Source of the DNA: Malacoraja senta
Taxonomy: Eukaryota
Direction of reading: 5' to 3'
Length of the DNA: 64,000 nt
Assembly: GCA_038087875.1 (NCBI GenBank)
Contig: CM075995.1
Coordinates: forward strand, 7,442,001-7,506,000
Position numbers and translations under genes: made by a program. Every line of letters begins with the position of its first letter. Within the stretch, counting starts at the first letter, position 1. This document shows, piece after piece, positions 1 to 12,020 of this stretch. A model generated the notes under the pieces. It saw nothing but the letters and a program-made list of their open reading frames with translations. It was not told the DNA's origin and made no database searches.

Positions 1-190
1 GTCACTGGATGGATTTAAGAGAGAGTTAGATAGAGCTCTAGGGGCTGGTGGAGTCAAGGGATATGGGGAGAAGGCAGGCACGGGTTATTGATTGGGGACG
101 ATCAGCCATGATCACAATGAATGGCGGTGCTGGCTCGAAGGGCCGAATTGCCTCCTCCTGCACCTATTTTCTATGTTTCTATGTTTCTAT
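1..190 (+). mobile_element. CR1 (HER1-like) LINE 3' end
   Basis: ORF2 C-terminus ...GYGEKAGTGY*, conserved 3' UTR and (TTTCTATG)n tail. Confidence 0.85.
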
Positions 191-545
191 TAAACAGTTA
201 TATTCTGCACATGTTTCCCTGCAGGTCCCTGCATGTGAAGATTCAGGGACATTTTCTTCCCAGCTGTTCGCAGGCGACTGATCCATCTACACCTCACGCT
301 GCCTCGGCAAGGCCAGCAGCCTAATCAAGGATCAGTCGCACCCTGGCCACTCCCTCTTCTCCCCTCTCCCATCGGGCAAGAGGTACAGTGTACACTGTGT
401 CGGGGGGTTATGGAGAGAAGGCAGGAGAATCGGGCTTGGAGGTAGATCAGCCACGATTGAACGGTGGAGTACTCGAAGGGCCGAATGCCTAATTCTACTC
501 CTATCCCCTTGTGACCTTAGAGTGTCAACATGTCAGACAGTGTCA

Positions 546-850
546 CGGTGGCACAGCGGTAGAGTTGCTGCCTCACAGCGCCAGAGACCCGGGTTCCATC
601 CCGACTAGGGGTGCTGTCTGTACGGAGTTTGTACGTCCTCCCCGTGACCTGCATGGGTTTCTCTCCGAGATCCTCCCACACTCCAAAGACGTACAGATTT
701 GTAGGTTACTTGGCTTGGTAAAAGTAAAAATTGTCCCTAGTGAGTACAGGATAGTGTTAATGTGCGGGGATCGCTGGTCGGCACGGACCCCGGTGGGCCG
801 AAGGGCCTGTTTCCGCGCTGTATCTCTAAACCCTCTCTTTAAACTAAAAT
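546..850 (+). mobile_element. HE1-type tRNA-derived V-SINE (representative; further copies at about 6558-6940 +, 13646-13946 +, 16667-16910 +, 20628-20885 -, 25045-25337 -, 31035-31327 -, 40615-40855 +, 46490-46800 +, 54935-55235 -, 56440-56742 +, 58922-59220 -)
   Basis: tRNA-like head with A box (TGGCACAGCGG) and B-box-like GGTTCCATCCC, V-domain GGGTGCTGTCTGTACGGAGTTTGTACGT...GGGTTT, and CR1-like tail GGGCCGAAGGGCCTGTTTCCGCGCTGTATCTCTAAA. Confidence 0.85.
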
Positions 851-1611
851 CTGAAGTGTGAAAACGCACACACCTCCAGATTCAGGGACAGTTTCTTCCC
901 AGCTGTTATCAGGCAACTGAACCATCCTACAACCAGAGCTACTATCTACCTCTTTGGAAATCTTCAGGTTATCTTTAATCGGAGTTTTCCTTGCACTAAA
1001 CATTGTTCCCTTTATCCTGTATCTGTACATTGTGGACGGCTTGATGGTTAAGGTAAGTCAGTCCACAAAATGCTGGAGTAAAACAGCGGGACAGGCAGCA
1101 TCTCTGGAGAAAAGGGGTGGGTGAGGCCTCGGGTCGAGATCTTCCTTCAGACTGAGAGTCAGGGGAGAGGGGAACAGAGATACAGGCGGTCGTTAGGACA
1201 AATGAATGGAAAAGCAACGATAATCACGGCGAATGCGGAGCCCACAATGGTCCATTGTTGGCTGTGGGATAGGTGATAACGAGTTACACAGACAGTGAAA
1301 CTCAACAGGACGACAGCGAAACTGGTACGATGACTAGGGTGGGGGAGGGACGGAGAGAGAGAGAGGGGACGCAAGGGTTACTTGAAGTTAGCGAAACCAA
1401 TGTTCATGATAAAGACACAAAATGCTGGAGTAACTCAGCGGGGCAGGCAGCATCTCTGGAGAGATGAAATGAATGAATATGAATGAATAAGTTTATTGGC
1501 CAAGTATTCACATACAAGGGAATTTGCCTTGGTGCTACGCCCGCAAGCGACAACGACATGCAGTGACAGTTAGGAACGACACATGAAATATTAAACATTA
1601 ATAATAAAACA

Positions 1612-2033
1612 TTTAGTTTAGAAGGATGAGTTTAGAAGGATGAGAGGGTATCTCATTGAAAGATATAAGATTGTTAAGGGTTTGGACACGCTAGAGGCAG
1701 GAAACATGTTCCTGATGTTGGGGGAGTCCAGAACCAGGGGCCACAGTTTAAGAATAAGGGTAAGCCATTTAGAACGGAGACGAGGAAACACTTTTTCTCA
1801 CAGAGAGTGGTGAGTCTGTGGAATTCTCTGCCTCAGAGGGCGGTGGAGGCCGGTTCTCTGGATGCTTTCAAGAGAGAGCTAGATAGGGCTCTTAAAAATA
1901 GCAGAGTCAGGGGATATGGGGAGAAGGCAGGAACGGGGTACTGATTGGGGATGATCAGCCATGATCACATGAATGGCGGTGCTGGCTCGAAGGGCCAAAT
2001 GGCCTACTCCTGCACCTATTGTCTATTGTCTAT
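1612..2033 (+). mobile_element. CR1 LINE 3' fragment
   Basis: Encodes ...RRMRGYLIE..KIVKGLDTLEAGNMFLMLGESRTRGHSL...GYGEKAGTGY*, followed by the TTGTCTA tail. Confidence 0.85.
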
Positions 2034-2140
2034 TATTGATTAAACGTGTGAATTAAATTAAATACCAGAGCAGAAGGAGGCTACAGATGTGACGTTAGTG
2101 GGTTGAGACCCTTCTTCAGACTACTACTTGAAGTTAGAGA

Positions 2141-2792
2141 TGGTCCAGAACTAAATGTGTTTCAAAAGAAACTAATGGACTATGGGTTAATAACTGGAAA
2201 AAAGCTAATTCTAAAATTTTGGAAGAAGGCTCCAATACCAACTATAAACATGTGGATTTCAAATATGTTTGAAACATTACACCTAGAAGAGATAAGACTC
2301 CTCCTGGCAGATAAACCAGATCACTTCCACCTGACGTGGTCTGCATTTATAGAATTATTACAAACATAGGGTGCAAAAGTACTTTAAAAAAAAATAAAAA
2401 TTGAGGTCAGGTAAGGGGGGATGATAGTTGAAGAGTTGGTATGTCCTATTTACGTAATGCTCAAAAAAATATTTGTTTTTCTTTTTTTTTTTTTCCTCTC
2501 TCTTTTTCTCTTTTTTTCCTAGGGCCTATTTCTTAACTCTTTTTCTTTTGTTTTTAATTTTGCTCTTATAGGGTCTTCGTCCTTTTTTGTTGTTACATTT
2601 TCTACACTTTTCTACACTTTCACTTTTTCCTTCACTTTCTTCTTTCTTTCAATCTTTTCCTTTTCTAGTGTAAAAAAATAAATAAAGGGAGTACATTAAT
2701 TGTAAGAAGATATAAAACGACGAGTATTAATGTATGTGGTTGTAATGTAATGTACTTCTAATAAATAAAAATTAAAAAAAAAAAAAAAAAAA
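2141..2792 (+). mobile_element. 5'-truncated L1-clade LINE (ORF2 C-terminus, T-rich 3' UTR, poly-A)
   Basis: ORF 2103-2369 has fish-type L1 ORF2 end (GKKLILKFWKK..IPTINMW...LE...F...W). AATAAA and poly-A follow. TSD AAGTTAGAGA at 2131-2140 and 2793-2802. Confidence 0.85.
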
Positions 2793-2982
2793 AAGTTAGA
2801 GAAATCAATATTCGTACGATTTGAAGTTAGAGAACTCATATAGAGCGCAGGGAAATGATGGACTTCCGATCCTGCATCTCTGCTGCCAGCTGATGTCATC
2901 CCTGTCAGAATAACTAAGTGGGTAAACGCCTCCCGCTGTGAGTCATAGATAAGCCGGGGTGTTGCAGACTTAGTGGTCTGTG

Positions 2983-3122
2983 GGCTGGGGAGATTGCAAC
3001 CTTAACGTTGGTTTCCACGAATGCAACCAACCCGGCGTGCACAATCAGATAAGATCAAATAGAACAACTTGTCCTACAACTTTAGGCTGTGCACGCCATA
3101 CGCCAGAAGAAGGAGAAGGAGA
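2983..3122 (+). mobile_element. Short retroposon / LINE 3' end with (GAA/GGA)n tail
   Basis: Flanked by direct repeat AGTGGTCT (2972-2979, 3123-3130); ends GCTGTGCACGCCATACGCC plus purine triplet tail. Confidence 0.6.
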
Positions 3123-3149
3123 AGTGGTCTATGAAACTATGGGAAGCAG

Positions 3150-4178
3150 TTGGTATGTCCCATTTGCGTGATGCAATAATCTAAAATGGCACATCAATGC
3201 TGACCACATCATTGAGAAAGGACAACCACGCCTATACTTCCTCAGACAGCTCAAAAAGTTCAGAGTCCACAAACACCTCCTGGTCCGCTTCTATCAATCC
3301 ATCATTGAAAGCATCATCACTTCCTCAATCACAGTCTGGTACGGAAACACTGACAGTCACTCACTACACAGAATACAGCGCATTGTCTCCAAGGCCTCTA
3401 GGATCATCAACTCTCCCCTCCCCTCAATCCATTCCATTTACCTCCAACGTACCTCAAAACGGGCAACAAAGATCATCTCGGACCCCTCCCCTCCCATCCA
3501 GCAAACCAACTTTTCCAGTCTCTCCCTTCAGGGAGGCGCCTTAGGTCACTTGCTACAAATCCACCCGTTTTAAAAACAGTTTTCTTCCCCTCAGCAATAA
3601 GAACACTTAATTCCCTCCAATAACGTTTTGACTTTGATGTATACAGTGTCTTGTCTATGGTTTTTGTCTGTTCTTTTGCACTATGTATTGTTGGTGAGAT
3701 TTGTGATTTGTGATGTGGTATGGATGCACTTTATTACTATGATCTGTGTTGTTGTTAGTGTTAATGTGACTAAAGCAGTGTACCATCATGTACCGAACCC
3801 AAATACCACCAACCCTGGTCGTGTGGCAAATAAAGATTCTATCTATCTATCTATCTATCTATGCTTACAAAAACTATTTGTTTCTCTCTTTTCCCTCTTC
3901 TCTTTCTTCTTCTTTTCTAGGGTCTATCTCTTAACTCTTTTTCTTTTGTTTTTAATTTTGTTCTTATAGGGTCTTCGTTCTTTCGTGTTGTCACGTTTTT
4001 TACACTTTTACCTTTTCCTTCACTTTCTCCTTTCTCTCAATTTCATCCTTTCCCTTTTCTAGTGTAAAAAACAAACGGAGTACATTAATTGTACGAAGAT
4101 ATAAGTGACGAGTACTAATGTATGTGGGTTGTAAATGTAATGTACTTCTAATAAATAAAAAATTAAATTAAAAAAAAA
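3150..4178 (+). mobile_element. 5'-truncated L1 3' UTR (same family as 2141-2792), interrupted by a Rex1/Babar fragment at 3175-3860
   Basis: 17-bp TSD GAAACTATGG(G/A)AAGCAG at 3133-3149 and 4179-4195. Segments 3150-3174 and 3861-4178 align to 2436-2792. The inner element has Rex1-type RT C-terminal coding (SIIESIIT..ITVWYG) and an AATAAAG-(TATC)n tail. Confidence 0.8.
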
Positions 4179-4559
4179 GAAACTATGGAAAGCAGACGGT
4201 AATGAAAGCCAACAATAGTGAAGGATCCACACCTGTTGGGGTCTGACCCTAAACATCCAATCATCAGCGATCAACCACCTTGCCCACGCCGGCCAACATG
4301 TCCCCTCTACACAAGTCCCACCTGCCTGCATTGGGCCCAACTCTCTCTAAACCATCTTCTTCAGACTAAGTGGGCCATTGGGCCCATCTCTCTCTAAATC
4401 CGTCCTATACAATTTGTACCTGTACAAATGTTTTTTTCAAATGTTCCGATAGTCCCTGCCTCAACTACCTCCTCCCGGCAGCTCGTTCCATACACCCGCC
4501 ACCCTTTGTCTGAAAAAGTTTATCCTCTCCCATTCCAATTTCAACCTCTCACTGCTGAG

Positions 4560-4964
4560 GTCTGAGGTTCCCACCTGCTTCAAGAGGGCATCAATAATAC
4601 TGGTGCCCAAGATTAAGGTGACGTGCCTCAATGACTATCGACCAGTGGCACCAACATCCGTGGTGAATTGAGAGGTTGGTTATGGGTTACTCACTCTATA
4701 CTCATGACTGTGTAGCCGGACATCGTGCAAACTCCATCTTCAACTTTGCCGACGACACCACTGTTGTGGACGTATCACTGATGGTGACGAGTCAGAGTAT
4801 AGAAGTGAGATCGACTGACTGACCAAATGGTGCCAGCACAACAACCTGGCCCTCAACACCAGTAAAACCAAGGAACTGATTGTGGACTTTGGAAGAGGAA
4901 GGATGAGGACCCACTATTCTGTTTATATCAACGGGACAATGGTGGAGAGGGTCAAAAACTTCAA
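4560..4964 (+). mobile_element. Rex1/Babar LINE RT fragment, truncated by assembly gap
   Basis: Encodes CLNDYRPVA, FADDTTVVG, WCQHNNLALNTSKTKELIVDF and VERVKNF motifs. Confidence 0.85.
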
Positions 4965-5164
4965 NNNNNNNNNNNNNNNNNNNNNNNNNNNNNNNNNNNN
5001 NNNNNNNNNNNNNNNNNNNNNNNNNNNNNNNNNNNNNNNNNNNNNNNNNNNNNNNNNNNNNNNNNNNNNNNNNNNNNNNNNNNNNNNNNNNNNNNNNNNN
5101 NNNNNNNNNNNNNNNNNNNNNNNNNNNNNNNNNNNNNNNNNNNNNNNNNNNNNNNNNNNNNNNN
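4965..5164. other. Assembly gap (200 N)
   Basis: Run of N. Confidence 1.
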
Positions 5165-5519
5165 ACATAAGTACCCCTTGGATTCCTATTAAATCTTTTC
5201 CCCTTCACCTTGAACCTATGTCCTCTGGTCCTCGATTCCCCTACTCTGGGCAAGAGACTCTGTGCGTCTACCCGATCTATTCCTCTCATGATTTTGTACA
5301 CCTCTATAGGATCACCCCTCATCCTCCTGCGCTCCAAGGAATAGAGTTCCAGCCTATTCAACCTTTCCCTATAGCTCACACCCTCTAGTCCTGGCAACAT
5401 CCTCGTAAATCTAATCTCCTCTGCCAGCACGTGATCCCTACCCCTCCGTTCCTTGCGTATGCCCATGAACCATAAACCAAGATGGCGCCCGACCCAGGCG
5501 ACTATTTGTGTGCTAATTA

Positions 5520-6200
5520 AGCATGCAGGTACAGCAGGCAGTGAAGAAAGCAAATGGCATGTTGGCCTTCATAGCGAGATAATTTGAGTATAGGAACAAG
5601 GAGGTCCTGCAGTTGTACAGGGCCCTGGTGAGACCACACCTGGAGTATTGTGTGCAGATTTGGTCTCCTAATTTGTGGAAGGACATTCTTGCTATTGAGG
5701 GAGCCCAGTGTAGGTTAATTCTCAGGATGGCGGGACTGACATATGATGAAAGAATAAATGAATGAAAGATATGCAGAAAAGTAATGACGATAAAGGAATT
5801 TAGAAAGATGAGAGGGGATAGAAACATATAGAATCCTTAAGGGATTGGACAGGCTAGATGCAGGAAAAATCTTCCCCATGTTGGGGGGAAATCCAGAACC
5901 AGGGGTCACAGCTTAAGAATAAGGCGTAGGCCATTTTGGACTGAGATGAGGAAAAACCTTTTCACCCAGAGAGTTGTGAATCTGTGGAATTCCCTGCCAC
6001 AGAAGGTAGTGGAGGCCAATCCACTAGATGTTTTCAAGAGAGAGTTAGATATAGCTCTTAGGGTTAAGGGAATCAAGGGATATGGGAAGAAAGCAGGAAC
6101 GGGGTATTAATTTTGGATGATCAGCCATGATCATATTTAATGGCGGTGCTGGCACGAAGGGCCGAATGGCCTACTCCTGCACCTATTTCCTATGTTTCTA
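5520..6200 (+). mobile_element. CR1 LINE ORF2 3' fragment (degenerate)
   Basis: QQAVKKANGMLAFI...LVRPHLEYCVQIW...VVNLWNSLP motifs with frameshifts, then the 3' UTR. Confidence 0.85.
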
Positions 6201-7069
6201 GAAGCAAATCTACAAACTCATATTACAATCACTCCATACTTTTAAATCTCTTCCCTTATGTATCTCTATACTGTAAATGGCTCTATTGTAATCATGTATT
6301 GTCTTTCTGCTGACTGGATAGCATGCAACAAAAGCTTTTCACTGTACCTCGGTACACATGACGATAAACTAAACTGAACTCGTCCAAGGTAGGAAGATGG
6401 TGGTGTCATGTTTTTAGTACGTTTTTCTAAAGCAAAGCTTTTTAACATGGAATCTCGTAAATGGATTGTCCGCAGATTTCTGCATACATATGTCCACCCA
6501 GGGTACAGTAGGGTTTTGTGAGAACTGTTTTACTAAGATCTGTTTGTAAACCGGAAGCGGCACAGTGGCACAGCGGTATAGTTGCTGCCTGAGAGCGCCA
6601 GAGTCCCGGGTTTGATCCTGACTACGGGTGCTGTCTGTGCGGAGTTTGTACGTTTTCCCCATGACCTCATGGGTTTTCCTCCATGACCTCGTGGGTTTTC
6701 CACGGGCGCTCTGGTTTCCTCCCACACTCTAAGGACATGTAATTTTGTAGGTTAATTGGCTTTGGTAAAGACTGTAAAGGTAGAGTGAAATTCATTTTTA
6801 TTTACTGTTCAGTACAAGTATCGCTTTACGTAAGCACTTAGATAAGCAGTTGGTGAGTGGAATAGTGCTAGTGTGGTCACCGTGGACTCGGTCGGCCGAT
6901 GGGCCTGTTTCTGCGCTGTATCGCTAAGCTAAATGAAACCGGAACGATTCAGTTTGCAAGTCCGGGCATCCCGGGATGCAGCGCAGAAACAGGCCCATCG
7001 GCCTACCGAGTCAGCCATGAACAGTTTCCACACAGCTGTCTGGATTAGAGGGTTTCAGCTACAGGGAGA

Positions 7070-7489
7070 ATAGACAATAGGTGCAGGAGTAGGCCATTCG
7101 GCCCTTCGAGCCAGCACCGCCATTCAATGTGATCATGGCTGATCATCCCCAATCAGTACCCCGTTCCTGCCTTCTCCCCATATCCCCTGACTCCGCTATT
7201 TTTAAGAGCCCTATCTAGCTCTCTCTTGAAAGCATCCAGAGAACCTGCCTCCACCGCCCTCTGAGGCAGAGAATTCCACAGACTCACCACTCTCTGTGAG
7301 AAAAAATGTTTCCCTCGTCTCCGTTCTAAACGGCTTACTCCTTATTCTTAAACTGTGGCCCCTGGTTCTGGACTCCCCCAACATCGGGAACATGTTTCCT
7401 GCCTCTCGCGTGTCCAAGCCCTTAACAATTTTATATGTTTCAATGAGATCCCCTCTCATCCTTCTAAACTCCAGAGTGTACAAGCCCAA
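7070..7489 (-). mobile_element. CR1 LINE 3' fragment
   Basis: ORF 7211-7489 (-) GLYTLEFRRMRGDLIETYKIVKGLD; tail at about 7070. Confidence 0.85.
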
Positions 7490-8502
7490 GAGAAGTTGGA
7501 TAGACTTGGATTATTTTCTCTAGAATGTCAGAGTGTTGAGGGGAGTCTTGATATATAAGATGTTGTGAGGCAGAGATTGTCTCGACAGTCAGGGTTTTTT
7601 TTTCTCCAGGGTGGAAATATCCAACACCAGAGGGCAGAGGGGAAAGGTTTAATGGAGATGTGTGGCAAGTCTTTCTTACACAGAGAGTGGTGGGGGTCTG
7701 AACCGCATTGCCAGGGGTGGTGGTGGAGACGGATACAATGGTGTTAATTATTGGACAAATCCTTAGAATCCATGGTCTTCTTGTTCAGGTCAAAGTACTT
7801 TAAACTGAGGCATAGGTGGCAGTGTACGAGCAACCAGCGTTACTGCTGCGATTAGTAGTTTCTCTTCAGGGTGAGAAAATTGGTCTTTTCTTGACTTTTC
7901 CTGTCAATGAAGATACCATATTGCCAGAAACACATAATCTTTCTTGGCCATAGAACAGTACAGCACAAGAACAGGCCCTCCGGCCCACAATGTGTATTCC
8001 GAACAAAACCAACTCATATCTGCCTGCACATGATCCATGTACCTTCATTCCCTGCATATCCACTTGCCTATCCAAAAGGCTCTTAAATGCCACTTTCTCA
8101 ACCGTTAAAGTGTGGTCCTGACCTCTTATCTGCCTCTATGGAGACATTTGAGCTATCAGACTTTATTGGACTGTAATGTTATATCTTTGCAGTAAATATT
8201 GTGCCCTTGCCCTTTATCTGTGCACTGTAGATAGCTTGATTGTAATCATGTATAGTCTTTAACTGGATGGCACACAAACAAAAGCTTTTTTCTCCACGTG
8301 ACGATAATAAACTAAACTAAACTATCGTATCTGCCTCCAGGCACTCACCGCCCTCTGTCGGTGATTTTGAATTAGATTTTTGAATTTTTGTGATTTGTTC
8401 ATGATTTAATAGTGTGATTATCATGACACCATTTTCTGTATACCATAGTCTTAAAATGTGTTAGCTTACATAATCTTTGATTGTATTTAATTTTTTTAAT
8501 AG

Positions 8503-8525
8503 ATGGACACACGATTCTATAGCAG
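8503..8525 (+). CDS. C18orf21: C18orf21/RMP24 internal coding microexon (23 bp; phase 2 in, phase 1 out), encodes x-WTHDSIA-G
   Basis: T-rich acceptor ...tttttttaatAG and donor GTCAGT. Spliced to 9303 it gives WTHDSIAGGKNKSSGVCKHCFQ, which aligns without gaps to human C18orf21 WAYTSSHDDKSTFEETCPYCFQ (human sequence recalled, not searched). Confidence 0.8.
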
Positions 8526-9302
8526 GTCAGTATAAAACACTGCACTGCTGCATTAATTAGACTTGTGCACAGTTTTGGACTATTTTATTTGTTAGTCTTT
8601 GGCCCATATCCCTCTAAACCCTTTGCTGAGGAGTGCTCGAATCTTACCTTCGGCAACGGGTTGGGGATGGGTGCGTTAGGGGAGCAGACTCAACGGTCTA
8701 CTATACCTCTAAACCTGTCCTATCCATGTACCTGTCTAAATGTTTCTTAAACGTTTTGATAGTACCTGCCTCAACTACCTCCTCCGGCAGGTCATTCCAT
8801 ACACTCACCACCCTGGTCTTTAGTCAGAGGGTGGTGAATCTGTGGAATTCATTGCCACAGAAGGCTGTGGAGGCCAAGTTAATTAATATTTTTAAGGCGG
8901 TGATAGGTAGATTCTTGACGGGGGCCAGGGCTTACGGGGAGAAGGCAGGAGAATGGGGTTATGAGGGAGAGATAGATCAGCCATAATTGAATGGCGGAGT
9001 AGACTTGATGTGCTGAATGCCCCTAACATGAATTTAACTGGAAACCTGTCAAGTTGACATACGTGTGGATGTCTCCAAAGGTACAAACCCATGGGGATCG
9101 AGGTTGAGGTGAAGATACTAATTCCAAGAATCGTGTTGGGTTGGGTCCCCAGGGACATGATCAGGGGGCCGCCCAATTGTCATCGGGTAGTGGTCCCAAC
9201 AAGCGGCAGTGGTGGCGGAGCAGTGGGGATCCTTACTTCAAACGTTACCTCCGCTGCAGCTTCTAAGTTACCGCCAACTCCTATCACTTATTAAACTTGC
9301 AG

Positions 9303-9502
9303 GTGGGAAAAATAAATCGAGTGGCGTGTGTAAGCACTGCTTCCAGTACCTTCATCCCGGAAACCATCGGGTGCGGCTAAAACCCAGGAAAAAGATGACG
9401 CCGCAAATAAAAAAGCTACTGCAACATCAGGCAGCCAACTGGAAACTGAACCTCAAACAGCAACGAAAACTGTGGAAATACTGGAAGTCCCCAAATAAAT
9501 TG
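9303..9502 (+). CDS. C18orf21: C18orf21/RMP24 (UPF0711; Rpp21/Snm1-like zinc-binding RNase MRP subunit) internal coding exon, 200 bp
   Basis: Acceptor cttgcAG (9301-9302), donor GTGAGG (9503). Translation GKNKSSGVCKHCFQYLHPGNHRVRLKPRKKMTPQIKKLLQHQAANWKLNLKQQRKLWKYWKSPNKL matches the recalled family pattern CxxCFQ...RVRLKP...TP.I.KLL...A.N..L..K. Confidence 0.9.
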
Positions 9503-10116
9503 GTGAGGTTTGTGACAATCTTGTCAAAGTATTAATGTATGTCCAATCTTGTTCTTTTTCTTCTTGTGTATATTATGTTTCAACATTGCTGAGCAAGGTA
9601 TTTTCCAATGCTGGCAGCTTAGTTCGTATGTCAAAGTACTGTTCAGTGTAGTTTATTGTCACGTGTACTGAAGTACAGTGAAAAGCTTTGTGGCGTGCTA
9701 TCCAGTCAGCCAAAAGACAATACATGATTACATTCGATCCATTAGTGTACAGGTACATGATAAGGGAATGGTAGACAGAAATGCTGGAGAAACTCAGCGG
9801 GTGCGGTAGCATCTATGGAGCGAAGGAAATAGGCAAAGTTTCGGGCCGAAAGCCTTCTTCAGACTCAAATAGGCAACGTTTCGGGCCAAAACCCTTCTTC
9901 GGACTTCTTGACTTCAGACTTCAGACTTCTTGCAGATGATTTTCCAGCATCTGCAGTTCCTTTTTGAACATGATAAAGGAATAACGTTTAGTCCAAGGTA
10001 AAGCCAGTAAAGTCCGATCAAAGATAGCCCGAGGGTCACCAATGAGGTCGATAGTAGTTCAGGACTGCTCTCTAGTTGTTGATAAGATAGTTCAGTTGCC
10101 TAATAACAGTTGGAAA

Positions 10117-10289
10117 CGATACAATACGATAAAACTTTATTCATCCCCTGAGGGAAATTGGTCTGGGAGGTCTGTGGGACGAGTCAGGTCCACCGGGGCG
10201 CGTACCGGTTGTCGTTCTGGTCGTAGCCGCCGCGGTTGTTTGGTGGGTGGATCGGCCCGGGTCACTACCGCAGCGCGCGCGGCTCCCCG
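10117..10289 (-). mobile_element. Short non-autonomous retroposon: GC-rich body plus Rex1-like tail
   Basis: TSD GGAAA (10112-10116, 10290-10294). The minus strand ends CCAATTTCCCTCAGGGGATGAATAAAGTTTTATCGTATTGTATCG. Confidence 0.6.
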
Positions 10290-11719
10290 GGAAAGAAACT
10301 GTCCCTGAATCTGGAGGTATGCGTTTTCACACTTCTATACCTTATGGGTCGTTTGATCTCATAGAGATGTATACAATCATGAGAGGAATAAATTGGGTAG
10401 ATACACAGAATCTCTTGCCCAGAGCAGGGGAATCGAGGACCAGAGGACATAGCTTCAAGGTGAAGGGGAAAAGATTTATAGGAATCTGAGGGGCAACTTT
10501 TTCGCACAAAGGGTTGTGGGTGTATGGAACTATTGCCAGAGGAGGTAGTTGAGGCTGGGACTATCCCAATGTTTAAGAAACAGTTAGACAGGTACATGGA
10601 TAGGACAGGTTTGGAGGGATATGGACCAAGCGCAGGCAGGTGGAACTAGTGTAGCTGGGACATGTTGGCCGGTGTGGGCAAGTTGGGCCGAAGGGCCTGT
10701 TTCCACACTGGATCACTCTATGCCTCTATGCTGCTGGCCTTGCTGAGGCAGTGCGAAGTATAAATGGAGTCAATGGAAGGTCTGTGTCATGGTTTGTGCT
10801 GCGTCCATAATCTGTTGCAGTTAAATGTGAATAAAATCATGAGAGGAATAGTTCGGGTAGATGCACAGCGTCTCTTGCCCAGAGTAGGTGAATCTAGGAC
10901 CAGAGGACATAGGTTTAAGGTGAAGGGGAAAAGATCTAATAGGAATCTGAGGGGGAACTATTTCATACAAAGAGTGCTGGATGTATGGAACAAGCTGAGG
11001 GTTGGGACTATCCCAACATTTAGGAAGCAGTTAGACAGATACATGGATATGACAGGTTTAGAGGGATATGGAACAAATGCTGGCAGGTGGAACTAGTGTA
11101 GCTGGGACATGTTGGCTGGTATGGGCAAGTTGGGCTGAGGGCTTGTTGCCAAGCTGTAAGACTATGACTATGACACCACTCTTTGTGTTAAAAAAAACCC
11201 ACTCAAGTTCCTATTCAATCTTTCCCCACTCACTTTAAACCTCTGTCCTCTTCTTGATTCCCCTACTCTGGGAAAGAGTCTCTGTGCGTTCTTACGTATT
11301 AAGTTCGAACATTGCAGAGCAAGGTATTTCAGTTTGAACGTCAAAATGCACAAATTAGTGCATGCAACAGATCTGATTGATATATTTTTGTTCAAAAAAA
11401 AAAGTATTTGTGCGCATTGCTAAATCGATGAGTCAAATAACCTGAAATTGTTTTTTCTGCAGCAGTGATTTTTTTTTAAGGTTCTCCTGTGGAATTGAGT
11501 TAAACTCGAGCCTTATGGAGTTGCGATTTCAGTTTGTGTAGGAAAGAACTGCAGATGCTGGTTTAAATTGAAGGTAGACACAAATTGCTGGAGTAACTCA
11601 GCAGGACAGACAGCATCTCTGGAGAGAAGGAATGGGTGACGATTCGGGTCGAGCCCCTCCTTGAGACAGATGTCAGGGGAGTGGGCGGGACAGAGATAGA
11701 ATGTAGTCGGAGACAGTAA

Positions 11720-12020
11720 AGGGCCTGTCCCACTGTACGAGGTAATTCAAGAGCTCTCCCGAGTTTAAAAAAAAAATCGTGGTGAGCAGGTAGAATGTAC
11801 GTTGGAGCACGGGACGTCTCTTAGCGGCTCTTAACACTAACGGCAGGTACTCGGGGAAACGCGGTAAGCTCGTGAAGACTTGTGAAGATTTTTCACATGT
11901 TGAAAAATGTCCACGAGAGCCCCGAGTACCTACGAGCGGCTATTACCGTAATTCTCCGAGTTCGAATTAGGGGAAACTCGGGAGAACTCTTGAATTAGCT
12001 CGTACAGTGGGACAGCCCCA
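11720..12020. mobile_element. PIF/Harbinger-type MITE
   Basis: About 47-bp imperfect TIRs (AGGGCCTGTCCCACTGTACGAG... / ...CTCGTACAGTGGGACAGCCCCA) and TAA TSD (11717-11719, 12021-12023). Splits a Penelope-derived repeat. Confidence 0.85.

Noticed and set aside
546..620. tRNA-like sequences with A/B boxes (many copies)
   Set aside because: They are heads of HE1-type SINEs, continuing into V-domain and LINE-like tails, not tRNA genes.
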